Source: an uncultured Spirochaetota bacterium (GTDB lineage: Bacteria; Spirochaetota; Spirochaetia; SZUA-6; Fen-1364). Taken from it: a stretch of DNA of 64,000 nt. Shown one piece after another: positions 1-9,229 of the stretch. The stretch is taken from positions 812,643 through 876,642 of the forward strand of contig CAVTHO010000008.1 in the NCBI GenBank assembly GCA_963734545.1. Direction: 5' to 3'. Under the pieces are notes generated by a model. That model saw only the letters and a list, made by a program, of their open reading frames with translations, had not been told where the DNA came from and made no database searches. The position numbers and the translations under genes are program-made. Numbering within the stretch: the stretch's first letter is position 1; each line of letters starts with the position of its first letter.

Positions 1-743
1 GGCAGGGAGTTGCCGAAATCCAGCATGCAGAACCCCGACTCGATCAAGGCCTCCATGAGGCTCCGCACGCCGTCCGCGGAAGCAGCCGCGATCTCTCCCG
101 CCTGCTCCTCGCACGCCCGCACGGCGCGGAGCGACCTCCCCGCGATGGATTCGTCGTACGGTTCGTCCCGTAGAAGGTGGGCCAGCCGCCAGTCCGCGAC
201 CGAGGTGTGCTTGCCCAGCATGTCGCCGAAGCCCGCCGCGATCATCTGCTGCGGAGCCGAAGACAGGACAGCGAGGTCGGCGAATATGGCGAGGGGCGCG
301 TGGGCATTCGCGGTCGTCTTCACCCCGTCGACGATCAGCGGCGCCCCGATGGATGTATATCCGTCAACCGAGGGCGCCGATGGGATGGAAATGAACGGGC
401 AGCCGGTCCTGTGACTGACGAACCGCACGATGTCGGTGATCGTCCCCGAGCCGACGGCGAGAAATGTCAGGTCGGCCCCACCGGAGGCGAGCAGGACGCG
501 AAGCACGTGTGGGGCGTCCGCAACCACCTCGCCGCCGGTGAACACGATCTTCCTCACCTCGCAGCCGATCCCGCGCAGCGCTCTCTCCACCGTCTCCCCG
601 GCCGCCCGATACGTGTGCGCGTCCGCGACCAGCAGAAGCCGACGGCGTCCGGTCTCCCGGCAGTATTGCGTCAGGCGCGGGATGGCGTCCGTGCCAATGA
701 CGATCAGGGGTCTCTGCGCGCCGGTGTGAACGTGCTCTGGCAT
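1..743 (-). CDS. araM: sn-glycerol-1-phosphate dehydrogenase, AraM/EgsA family (3' end beyond window)
   Basis: Not in the ORF track; translated by hand from ATG 743: MPEHVHTG...AVGSGTITDIVRF...PSAPSVDGYTS...AAGFGDMLGKHTSVADWRLAH...ESGFCMLDFGNSLP, the motif series of AraM-type G1PDH. Confidence 0.85.
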   Translation of the reverse strand, partial: MPEHVHTGAQRPLIVIGTDAIPRLTQYCRETGRRRLLLVADAHTYRAAGETVERALRGIGCEVRKIVFTGGEVVADAPHVLRVLLASGGADLTFLAVGSGTITDIVRFVSHRTGCPFISIPSAPSVDGYTSIGAPLIVDGVKTTANAHAPLAIFADLAVLSSAPQQMIAAGFGDMLGKHTSVADWRLAHLLRDEPYDESIAGRSLRAVRACEEQAGEIAAASADGVRSLMEALIESGFCMLDFGNSL

Positions 744-785
744 CTCCTGGGCTCCGACGGATGGTACCTCAACCCGCCGGATTGT

Positions 786-794
786 TGCTATAGT
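786..794 (+). promoter_or_regulatory. Extended -10 promoter (TGcTATAGT), leaderless arrangement
   Basis: TGnTATAGT ends 7 nt before GTG 802; no SD sequence. Confidence 0.55.
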
Positions 795-801
795 CGTTCC
801 C

Positions 802-1932
802 GTGGACACGGTAGACGTTCTCATCATCGGCGCAGGCGTGATCGGCCTGGCCATCGCTGAACGGCTGGCCGATCCGTCACGGGAGATCGTGGTCGTGGAA
901 ATGCATGACGGGTTCGGCCGGGAGACTTCCTCCCGCAACAGCGAGGTCATCCACTGCGGCATGTACTACGCGGAAGACCTGCTCAAGACCCGGCTGTGCG
1001 TGCGGGGCAATCCGCTCCTGTACGAGCTCTGCGCGCGCCAGGGAATCCCACACCGCAGGACCGGCAAGATCGTGGTCGCCACTGATGAGAAAGAGGCGGC
1101 TACGCTGCAACGGCTCTTCGCCCAGGGAAAGAAGAACGGCGTCGACGGCCTGCGACTGATCGACAGCAGGGAGATAGAGGCCCGGGAGCCGCATGTACGC
1201 GGGATCCTCGGATTGCACAGTCGTGACAGCGGAATCATCGACAGTCATCGGCTGATGGAGTACCTCGCGCACGCCGCGGTCTCCCGGGGAGCGACACTGG
1301 CGTACAATTGCGAAGTCACCGGGATTCACAGGAATGGAGGAGGCTATTCGGTCGAGGTGCGGGAGGCCAACGGCGCGCTCACCACCCTGATGACGGCCTG
1401 CGTGATCAATTGCGCCGGTCTTCACGCGGACCGGATTGCCGCTCTGGCCGGGATCGACGTCGAGGAGGCAGGATACCGCATCCGTCCCTGCAAGGGAGAG
1501 TATTTTCGCGTGTCCTCACGGCACAATGGCAGGCTCCATACCCTGGTGTATCCTGTTCCTTCATCTGTTCACCTCGGGGCGCACGCCGTCCTCGGCCTGG
1601 ACGACAGCCTGAAGATAGGTCCGAGCTCTTTCTACGTTGACGCGCTTGACTACGCGGTGGACCCTGCCCACCGGTCGGTTTTCCACCGGAAGGCCCACCG
1701 TTTCCTTCCCTTCCTGGAGCTGGATGACCTGTCCCCGGACATGTCGGGAATCCGGCCGAAGCTGTACCGGCAGGGAGAGCCCTTCAAGGATTTCGTAATC
1801 CGCGAGGAGGGCGACCGCGGGCTTCCGGGGCTCGTCAATCTGGTCGGCATGGAATCTCCCGGCCTGACCGCGTGCCTGGCCATCGCGGAAAACGTGGAAC
1901 GTCTTCTCCAAGGAGGGCCTGCACTCGTATGA
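802..1932 (+). CDS. FAD-dependent oxidoreductase, L-2-hydroxyglutarate oxidase (LhgO)-like
   Basis: GAGVIG dinucleotide motif, TSSRNSEVIHCG, KGEYF, SGIRPKL, GMESPGLT. Confidence 0.85.
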   Translation: MDTVDVLIIGAGVIGLAIAERLADPSREIVVVEMHDGFGRETSSRNSEVIHCGMYYAEDLLKTRLCVRGNPLLYELCARQGIPHRRTGKIVVATDEKEAATLQRLFAQGKKNGVDGLRLIDSREIEAREPHVRGILGLHSRDSGIIDSHRLMEYLAHAAVSRGATLAYNCEVTGIHRNGGGYSVEVREANGALTTLMTACVINCAGLHADRIAALAGIDVEEAGYRIRPCKGEYFRVSSRHNGRLHTLVYPVPSSVHLGAHAVLGLDDSLKIGPSSFYVDALDYAVDPAHRSVFHRKAHRFLPFLELDDLSPDMSGIRPKLYRQGEPFKDFVIREEGDRGLPGLVNLVGMESPGLTACLAIAENVERLLQGGPALV

Positions 1933-2729
1933 GTAGATCTCAACGCAAGGCAGGGGCGCTCGTGGATCACAATCCCGACGAGGCCTCGCGCACCGCAAAG
2001 CGCTCCGCACGGGTGCTGGGCAACGAGGCTTTCGGCTCGGTGGTCCTGAGCACCGTGGCCGGCTACGTCGACACGGCCGGCTACCTGGCGCTCTTCGGGC
2101 TTTTCACCGCACACGTCACGGGGGACCTGATCACGGCCGCCGCCACCATGGCCACCGGTCCCAATCTCGGGGCAGGCATACGCCTGGCCATGATTCCGAT
2201 CTTCATGGTGACCGTCGCCGCAATTACGCTCTTCGCGCGGGGCATCAGGCGTCGGGGCGCCGCGACGCTCGCACCGCTGCTCAGCCTGATGACGATCGCG
2301 CTCGCCCTTTTCTGCGCGGCCGGGGTGTACATCCGGCCGTACGCGAGAAACCCCAACGCGTGGGGTGTCGCCGTCATTGGAGGTCTCGGTGTCGCCGCCA
2401 TGGGGATCCAGAACGCATTGATGCGCGGCGCGCTGAAGAGCTTCTCCCAGACCACGCTCATGACGGGCAACCTGACGCAGTTCACGATCGATTTCGTCGA
2501 GTTCGTCTTTCCCGCCGCGCGCGACGATGCGCGGGAACGCGCGCGCGTCCGGCGCGAATCGGCCCGGCATGCAAGGAAATCCGGCATCCCGCTCCTGGGC
2601 TTCATGGTCGGGGCTGCCCTGGGCGCGTGGCTGACGAAGCGCTACGGGCTCCTGTGCATCGCCTTGCCGACAGGCGTGGTCGCCATCCTGAGCATCATTG
2701 CCTGGGCACGCTCGGGCAGACGCGGCTAG
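1929..2729 (+). CDS. YoaK/DUF1275 family membrane protein
   Basis: AGYVDTAGY..LFTAHVTGD, AMGIQNA, TTLMTGNLT; ATGA overlap with upstream gene. Confidence 0.85.
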   Translation: MSRSQRKAGALVDHNPDEASRTAKRSARVLGNEAFGSVVLSTVAGYVDTAGYLALFGLFTAHVTGDLITAAATMATGPNLGAGIRLAMIPIFMVTVAAITLFARGIRRRGAATLAPLLSLMTIALALFCAAGVYIRPYARNPNAWGVAVIGGLGVAAMGIQNALMRGALKSFSQTTLMTGNLTQFTIDFVEFVFPAARDDARERARVRRESARHARKSGIPLLGFMVGAALGAWLTKRYGLLCIALPTGVVAILSIIAWARSGRRG

Positions 2730-4117
2730 AACGAGACTTTTGCCCCCAGGGTCACGAAAAACATGTTGTTGCGCAGGGCACCGCTGCTCGTCGGAGAGAT
2801 CGTGTATTCCGTGTTGTTCGGTCCGAGATACGAGCCGAGCTGCAGGGAAAGCTCGAAATTGTTGACAGGGTCATATGCGAGACCGATCATCGCGATGCCG
2901 GACAGGTCGGACAGATTGCTCAGTCCGCTCACGCTCAGTGTCATATCGCTGAGGATGAACTTGTTCACGGTCACGAAGAGCGCCGCGTAGTATTTCCCGT
3001 AGTAACCCGGCTGAAAGTAGCCATTCAGGAACGTGGCGAGCCCTGCGGAACCGAGCTCCTGGAACATGTGCGCGTCGTATCCGGCGCCGTTGTAGAAGAA
3101 CTCGACATTCACCGAGATCCGATCCTGCACGTCGAACGCATCGAATGTCCGGGACAGCCCCACGTCCACCTTCGGAACAACCTGGTTGCGAATGGAGGTG
3201 GCGGTCACGCCGTCCACGTCCAGCCTCTTCTGATTGTCTCCCCACGAGAGGCTCGCCTCAGCCGTGAGATTCATGCTCCAGAAGAACGGTGCCGTCAGGT
3301 CGACCCCCCAGACGGGGAGCTTCCCCGACTTGAGCCAGCCGGAAAAGCCGAACTCGTATGAGCCGACGAGAAACTCGGTGCGCGCGGCGAACGCGAGGTC
3401 GGTGATGTCCTGGATCGCATTGAGGTTGAGGAACGTGTAGAGGTGGAACTCCCGGGCAAAGACCACGTCGGACCGAAGACCGAAGACCCCTTCGCGCAGA
3501 GCGGTAAGGTTGGTGAAGCTCTTGTGCTCGATATTGATCAGGTCCGTGGGATTCCAGAAGTAGCCCGTTCCCCACTGGAGCACCTGCTTGCCTGCCCGGA
3601 AGTACACGGTGTTGGCCGCATTGAAGTCGACGAAGATCTCCTTCACGCCCAGGAGCGTGGTCTGGTCCTCGGAGAGGACGAACGGCGCAGGCGGCGCCGG
3701 CGGCGCAAACAGCGTGAAGTTGTGGATGACCGGTGTGCCGGCAGTCAGGTAGCCCAGATTGAGGTCCACGAAGGCCCGAAAGCTCTTCTTCAGCCGCACG
3801 TCGACCAGGAAGTCCCCCATCATCACATTGGAAAGGGTGTTGTCGCTTGCGCCGGTATTCCCCTGCACGAAATCACGCGTCATGGTGTACGAGCCTGTGG
3901 CCTGCAGAATTCCCGAAAGCCCCACCCGCTCCTTCTCGATGTCCTCCACGATGTTCTTTTTCTCCGCTGTCCCCTGAGTGGCCTCCACCGTGGAGGAGCC
4001 GAAGAACTCGTCTTCACCCGCGCTCGCGCCTGCAGGCGCCGCGGTTTCACTCTGGGCAAAGAGGCCGGGAGAGAGAAGGAGCGCGGCCAGCAGGCCGAGC
4101 GTGCAACGTTTCAGCAT
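2726..4117 (-). CDS. Predicted outer-membrane beta-barrel protein of the ABC/LolA-like locus
   Basis: Signal peptide, GKQVLQWGTGYFWNPTD motif, amphipathic beta-strands, C-terminal Phe (KVSF). Confidence 0.65.
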   Translation of the reverse strand: MLKRCTLGLLAALLLSPGLFAQSETAAPAGASAGEDEFFGSSTVEATQGTAEKKNIVEDIEKERVGLSGILQATGSYTMTRDFVQGNTGASDNTLSNVMMGDFLVDVRLKKSFRAFVDLNLGYLTAGTPVIHNFTLFAPPAPPAPFVLSEDQTTLLGVKEIFVDFNAANTVYFRAGKQVLQWGTGYFWNPTDLINIEHKSFTNLTALREGVFGLRSDVVFAREFHLYTFLNLNAIQDITDLAFAARTEFLVGSYEFGFSGWLKSGKLPVWGVDLTAPFFWSMNLTAEASLSWGDNQKRLDVDGVTATSIRNQVVPKVDVGLSRTFDAFDVQDRISVNVEFFYNGAGYDAHMFQELGSAGLATFLNGYFQPGYYGKYYAALFVTVNKFILSDMTLSVSGLSNLSDLSGIAMIGLAYDPVNNFELSLQLGSYLGPNNTEYTISPTSSGALRNNMFFVTLGAKVSF

Positions 4118-4127
4118 GACAATCCCC

Positions 4128-4901
4128 TTACTTGCTCAGGCTTTCCAGATAGGACTTGTCGAACTTGTAGTCGTCAACCTTGCTGAAGGAAATGCCGGTG
4201 ATTTCCAGCAGCGAGGTCTTCCCTTTTTCCACCTCGTCCGTGAATCTCTGCACAAGCGGAACATAGCGGCCATCGATCTCCTTGTATTGGGCGAAGAGAT
4301 CCGTTTCCATGAGGGTTCCCGAGAGGGAGTAGGACTCGCGTTTGACCTCCAGGTACTTGTCCTGCGTCAGCCACATCACCAGCCGGGGGTATTTGACGTC
4401 ATTGACCTTGGCCGTCACCTCGATCCGGTACACGGGGATCTTGCCGCCGCCGAGCGCCTGTATGGAAATGATCTCGTTGCCATTGGGGTCTATCGACGGC
4501 TTGTACAGCTCCTTGAACTTCCTCGTCTCGAAGTCGCCGGCAGTGGCGTTGGAGCCTCCGATCTTCTCGTCACGGCCGATGTGGGTGAAGGTGCGCGTGC
4601 TCCGCCGATACATCCACATGTTGTCTGCCACGCGCAGGTACCCATTGCCCCTCTCCGTTTCCGGGTCCGCCATGACGATGAGAAACGCGTCGTCCCGGTC
4701 CCGCCTGTACAGCACGCTCTGGATGACCTTGGTCCCCTGGTCGGGATCACGCGTGGTGATGTTGGCCTGCGCGGTCATGTCGCTGCGGATCTCGTAGTTG
4801 GTATCGATGTAGTCGATGATCTGCTGGACAGACGGGGTTGCCCAGAGCGCCGGAGCCAGCAGGAGGAGGGCCAGGGCAGCCCCGAGGATACTCAGTTTCA
4901 T
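4128..4901 (-). CDS. Outer-membrane lipoprotein-sorting protein (LolA-like)
   Basis: Signal peptide, ERGNGYLRVADNMWMY, GSNATAGDFE, F.K.YLE C-terminus. Confidence 0.8.
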   Translation of the reverse strand: MKLSILGAALALLLLAPALWATPSVQQIIDYIDTNYEIRSDMTAQANITTRDPDQGTKVIQSVLYRRDRDDAFLIVMADPETERGNGYLRVADNMWMYRRSTRTFTHIGRDEKIGGSNATAGDFETRKFKELYKPSIDPNGNEIISIQALGGGKIPVYRIEVTAKVNDVKYPRLVMWLTQDKYLEVKRESYSLSGTLMETDLFAQYKEIDGRYVPLVQRFTDEVEKGKTSLLEITGISFSKVDDYKFDKSYLESLSK

Positions 4902-4910
4902 GTCAGTCTC

Positions 4911-6692
4911 CTATTCAAAGTGCCGCAGCGCGTCCGCCACCCGGAGCTTCGATGCGCGGCGCGCGGTAAAGAACGCGATCAGGAAGGACACGATCACGAT
5001 GATGAGGAAATTGCCGACCAGAGCCCCGACGGTCGGAACAAAGTACAGGTGCCTGTTCACGAAGAACATGCTGAACGGGTTGTCCTTGAGGTCGAACGTG
5101 AGCGCGCCGAGCAGGGCCATGAGCCCGTAGGACAGCCCGATGCCCACGATGCACGCGAACACGGCAAGAAAGACGATTTCCATGACAAAGACGGAACGGA
5201 CATCGGACCGCTGCATGCCGATTGCCCGGTTGGTGCCGATCTCCCGGGTGCGCTCGCGGATGCTCATCCTCATGGTGTTCACGACCCCTATCAGGATCAC
5301 GAAGAAGAGGATCAGGACGGCGACGATGGAGATCGTGTTCAGACCTCTCTGCAGATCGACCACCATGCTGGCATTCTCGAACATGGTCTGGACGTCCACG
5401 CGCGACCCTTTCCACGCATCCCTGTTGAGGAGCCGCAGCTTCTGGGTCGCCTCGTCCGTCGTCTTGCTTCGCGCCAGCATCTCCCATTCAGGCAACAGGG
5501 CCTTGAAGAGAGGCGTGCCCTCGGCCGCCTTGGCGGGCTTCTTGGGGATGTTCCAGAAGTAGTTCTTGTAGAACGAGTCTTCATGCGCGAATGCGGTGGC
5601 ATCGGCAAACGGTGTCACGGTTTTCACAATGCCCGTCACGACAAACTGCGCGTCGATAGGATCAGCGGCATCGAGGGAGACATAGCGATAGTCGATCCGG
5701 GTGCCGACATCCGCTCCAAGAGACCGGGCCAGGGGCTGTGTGAGAATGATTCCGGTCTTGTCCTTCAGGAGGTCCCTGATGTCGCCCTTCACGAACTTGA
5801 GATTGTCACGGGCAATGGCCAGGGCGTCGGGGCTGGTCTCCAGCCGCAGCGCAAACACGTCGGCATTGGCCTGCCGCCCCTGCGCGCGAAGAACCGCCTT
5901 GACCCCGGCAGCTCCGGGGGCAAGCGCCTCCTGCAGCTTGTTGGCCTGCGCGATCACCTTCTGGGCATCCTGGGGATATTTCGTCACGATCTGGAGCCCG
6001 AGCGATTCGTTGGGCTTCATGTTGAGCTGTGCGCGGAGAGTATCCTGGTCCACGAAGGCAGCCATGTCCATGAACATGTTGGACGAGGGGATGAGCCCGA
6101 CGACCTTGTACTTGGGCGCCTGCGCCTGTCCATAGACCGTCTGGAACCGCACGGTGACAATGTCGTTCATCCCGACGTTCAGCTCGTTCGCCGCGTTCTT
6201 GTACAGCAATATGCCGGGAAAGACGTCCGGTTTGTAAATATCGCGCGGATGGCCGGACTCAACTTGCGTATCGTCGTAGAATTCGGCGTTCCGGCTCATG
6301 CCCACAAGGGCCACGAGACCGGTCTTCCCGTTTCCGACTATCCGGCCGAACGCGCTCACGTCCTGATCGATTGATTTGATCCCGTCCACGTTCTCCTTGA
6401 TGGTCTTGATGAACCGATCAGTGTCCCTGATTACGTCGCTGCGCCGCGTGGTGTAGGTATCCTGGATCACCTTGATGTGTCCGCTCATGTACACGAGCAT
6501 CTTGTTGAAGAGGATGTCGGTGAGACCGCTCGTGAACGAGGAGGTGACCACCAGAATGCACATGCCGACGGCGATGCCCGCGGAGAGCAGCACGTTGCGC
6601 CGGAACTGCCGGACGAGATTGCGGAAAGCGATCTTGGAGACGACGCGCGCGCTTCGCATTCGCGTCATGAAAAACCGTGCTATGCGTTTCAT
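4911..6692 (-). CDS. ABC transporter permease, FtsX/LolE/MacB family
   Basis: IAFRNLVRQFRR N-terminus, MSIRERTREIGTNRAIG, large periplasmic domain; start reassigned to ATG 6692. Confidence 0.85.
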   Translation of the reverse strand: MKRIARFFMTRMRSARVVSKIAFRNLVRQFRRNVLLSAGIAVGMCILVVTSSFTSGLTDILFNKMLVYMSGHIKVIQDTYTTRRSDVIRDTDRFIKTIKENVDGIKSIDQDVSAFGRIVGNGKTGLVALVGMSRNAEFYDDTQVESGHPRDIYKPDVFPGILLYKNAANELNVGMNDIVTVRFQTVYGQAQAPKYKVVGLIPSSNMFMDMAAFVDQDTLRAQLNMKPNESLGLQIVTKYPQDAQKVIAQANKLQEALAPGAAGVKAVLRAQGRQANADVFALRLETSPDALAIARDNLKFVKGDIRDLLKDKTGIILTQPLARSLGADVGTRIDYRYVSLDAADPIDAQFVVTGIVKTVTPFADATAFAHEDSFYKNYFWNIPKKPAKAAEGTPLFKALLPEWEMLARSKTTDEATQKLRLLNRDAWKGSRVDVQTMFENASMVVDLQRGLNTISIVAVLILFFVILIGVVNTMRMSIRERTREIGTNRAIGMQRSDVRSVFVMEIVFLAVFACIVGIGLSYGLMALLGALTFDLKDNPFSMFFVNRHLYFVPTVGALVGNFLIIVIVSFLIAFFTARRASKLRVADALRHFE

Positions 6693-6706
6693 TTCAGTTC
6701 CCTCGA

Positions 6707-8221
6707 TTAGTGCCGGTTGATTGCGTCCAGCGGCGTGATTTTCCGCGCCACCATGACCGGGTAGACAACCGCGAGCACCGTGACAATGGCCAGCCCGATG
6801 ATGCCCGTCACCAGCCCGGCAAAACCCAGCGTGGGCTGGAAGACCTCGCCACCGAACAGGAGCTCGAAGATCTCGTTTCCCCCCGAGGCGATGCGGAGGG
6901 GCCGGATGATCCACGTGACGATGACGCCGACGAGGATGCCGATGCCGCCGAAGATGAACGAGAGGGAGAAGGTCTCCGCCAGGAACATCCTGGTGATGAA
7001 GCTCTTGCGCGCGCCCACGGCGCGCATCATGCCGAACTCCTCCGTCCTTTCCAGGGCGTTCATGCTCAGCGTGTTCATGATGATGATGATGGCAACGAAG
7101 AAGAGCAGGAGCACGAATACGATGATGATCATCTGCAGGATGTCGGAGATCTGCGCCACCTGTCCGGATGCCTTCTTCCAGCTCAGCACCTTCACCGGCA
7201 GGTTATTCTCCTTGGCCAGGCTCTTCATCTTCGCCACGGACGCGTTCAGGTCCTCGCCCGGCTTCAGGAGGATGGTGACGTAGTTGTACGCCGCGTTGTC
7301 GAAGTCGATCACCCGCGTGACGGTCGGCTCCGTCTTGATCCTTTTCTCCAGCTCGGCCACGGACGTGCCGCTTGTCCCGGCGGAGAAGATGTCGCCGCCG
7401 CCGAAGAGCGCGTCCTCGTCGGCGCTCATCAGCGCCTCCTGCTTCGGGGGGAGCTTCTGGACGATGTCCCGCGCCGTGTAATATCCGAAGATCTCCCGGT
7501 AGGTCTCGATGTCCATGAAGCTGACTTCCTGCATGAGGGAGTTGAGCGACCTGAATCGAACGACACCCTTTACCGGGACGTCCTTGTTTGTCGAGTTCTG
7601 CTCTCCGAAGCCTTCCAGCGCCAGGGAGCGCCTGACGGCAAGCCTGTCCTCCTCCTTCTTGGCCTCGTCCGTGAGATTGTCCCTGTTGATCCCCGCACCC
7701 TCCGGGACGAGCCAGTACCCCTGGATCTTGTAGCGGTTCTTCCTCCCGTCCACGTTCAGAAGGATGCCATGGTCCCCATTCTTCAGCACCTTTCCCTCTA
7801 TGGCCGTGACCGGATTCCCGAACACCCTCTGAAACTCGTCGAAGTTGCAGCCGAAGGTGAGCATGAAGTCCATCTCCTGGCCGCCCAGGACGGCCACCCC
7901 GCCCCGGGTCATGGGAAGGTAGCCCTGGATGAAATCCTGCCTGTCCAGGACGGAACGGATCCTGTCGTAGTCCTTCAGGATCTTCAGCGGCTTGGCCAGC
8001 GGCGTAAACAGGACATTGTCCTTTGGCTCCTCGTCGGAGACGAGAATGATGTGCCCGGTAAAGCTCCTGACCATGTTCTGCTCGACTCCGCGCTGCATGC
8101 CGATGGCCGTGGCATTGCCCAGCGTCATGATGAGCGCGCCGAGGAACAGGATGGTCCCGATGATGATGCTCTTGGCCTTGTGCCGGAGGAGGCTCCTCCA
8201 GGCAATTTTCAGGATAAACAT
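6707..8221 (-). CDS. ABC transporter permease, FtsX/LolE/MacB family
   Basis: IAWRSLLRHKAKS, LERTEEFGMMRAVGA, YPVMVARKITPLDAI. Confidence 0.85.
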   Translation of the reverse strand: MFILKIAWRSLLRHKAKSIIIGTILFLGALIMTLGNATAIGMQRGVEQNMVRSFTGHIILVSDEEPKDNVLFTPLAKPLKILKDYDRIRSVLDRQDFIQGYLPMTRGGVAVLGGQEMDFMLTFGCNFDEFQRVFGNPVTAIEGKVLKNGDHGILLNVDGRKNRYKIQGYWLVPEGAGINRDNLTDEAKKEEDRLAVRRSLALEGFGEQNSTNKDVPVKGVVRFRSLNSLMQEVSFMDIETYREIFGYYTARDIVQKLPPKQEALMSADEDALFGGGDIFSAGTSGTSVAELEKRIKTEPTVTRVIDFDNAAYNYVTILLKPGEDLNASVAKMKSLAKENNLPVKVLSWKKASGQVAQISDILQMIIIVFVLLLFFVAIIIIMNTLSMNALERTEEFGMMRAVGARKSFITRMFLAETFSLSFIFGGIGILVGVIVTWIIRPLRIASGGNEIFELLFGGEVFQPTLGFAGLVTGIIGLAIVTVLAVVYPVMVARKITPLDAINRH

Positions 8222-8230
8222 GATCCGCCC

Positions 8231-8911
8231 CTAGTTCGCCATGAGCCCGTCTTTGATCTTCAAGACGCCGTTGGCGTACTTGAGGATGTCCGGATCGTGC
8301 GTGGAGAAGATGAATGTGGTCTTTTCGAGGACATTCAGCTCTTTCATGAGCTTCAGGATCATGTCACCTGTTTCCGAATCGAGGTTGGCGGTCGGCTCAT
8401 CCGCGAGCACGATTGCCGGACGGGTGACGAGCGCGCGCGCAATGGCCACGCGCTGGCGCTGGCCGCCGGAGAGCTCGTACGGCTTGTGGTTGATCTGGTC
8501 CTTGAGCCCCACCTCTTCGATGAGCTTCTCCGCGCGCTCGCGGATCTCTCTCTTCCTGATGCTTTCCCTCTTCATGAGGAGAAGGGGAAACTCCACGTTT
8601 TCACGCGTGGTGAGCACGGGGATGAGGTTGAATGTCTGGAAGATGAACCCGATGGTGTGCAGGCGCAGGTCGGTGAGCTCGCGGTCGGAGTGCGTGGTGA
8701 TGTCCTTCTCATGGATCTTCACCACCCCTTCGGTGGCAGAGTCGATGCACCCGATTATATTGAGAAGGGTGGTCTTGCCGCTCCCCGACGGGCCGACAAT
8801 GGAAATAAAATCCCCCTCCCGGATGGCCAGATCGACGCCGCGCAGGGCGTGGACCGTCGTCGCACCCAGTGGGTAGTCCTTCTTCACAGCCTTCAGCTCG
8901 ATCACGTTCAT
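8231..8911 (-). CDS. ABC transporter ATP-binding protein, LolD-like
   Basis: Walker A GPSGSGKT, LSGGQRQR, LADEPTANLD; SD GGAG 8 nt before ATG 8911. Confidence 0.92.
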   Translation of the reverse strand: MNVIELKAVKKDYPLGATTVHALRGVDLAIREGDFISIVGPSGSGKTTLLNIIGCIDSATEGVVKIHEKDITTHSDRELTDLRLHTIGFIFQTFNLIPVLTTRENVEFPLLLMKRESIRKREIRERAEKLIEEVGLKDQINHKPYELSGGQRQRVAIARALVTRPAIVLADEPTANLDSETGDMILKLMKELNVLEKTTFIFSTHDPDILKYANGVLKIKDGLMAN

Positions 8912-8951
8912 GATGCGCACTCCTTCCCGTTCTTTACCAATGAAACGAGGT

Positions 8952-9009
8952 CAATGAGCACTTATTGCATTGTTCTGTCAATAATATAAAGGGCAATCTG
9001 AGCATTCAA
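8952..9009 (-). promoter_or_regulatory. Sigma-70 promoter of the ABC operon with a downstream imperfect palindrome
   Basis: TTGAAT-17-TATTAT on the minus strand (8981-9009); near-palindrome CAATGAGCACTTATTG at 8952-8967. Confidence 0.5.
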
Positions 9010-9122
9010 CACCGCTCGCGCCCGATTGGGCGCCAGTTTTCCGGCTTTTTCTAGAACCGATACCCGGCGGCGGACGCCCGGGGAATCAGGGCAAGGATCG
9101 TCCGACCTGTACTTTGTTCCAC

Positions 9123-9159
9123 CCTTATTAATGGTCAGTGCGCCGAATCATTAATAAGG
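9123..9159. repeat. 11-bp perfect inverted repeat
   Basis: CCTTATTAATG-N15-CATTAATAAGG in the etfA/ABC intergenic region. Confidence 0.8.
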
Positions 9160-9229
9160 CCGGGCAATGGCCCAGTGCGGCGCATACCTCTCGGCGTTTT
9201 CGCTGGGCGCCCGCCGCGGTGCGCTCGTG

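Noticed and set aside
3978-8989. Long plus-strand ORFs (798 aa and 770 aa) and similar antisense ORFs elsewhere (e.g. 50961-53204, 41340-43103, 24513-26147)
   Set aside because: They are shadow frames opposite well-supported genes, expected in high-GC DNA, and carry no recognisable motifs.
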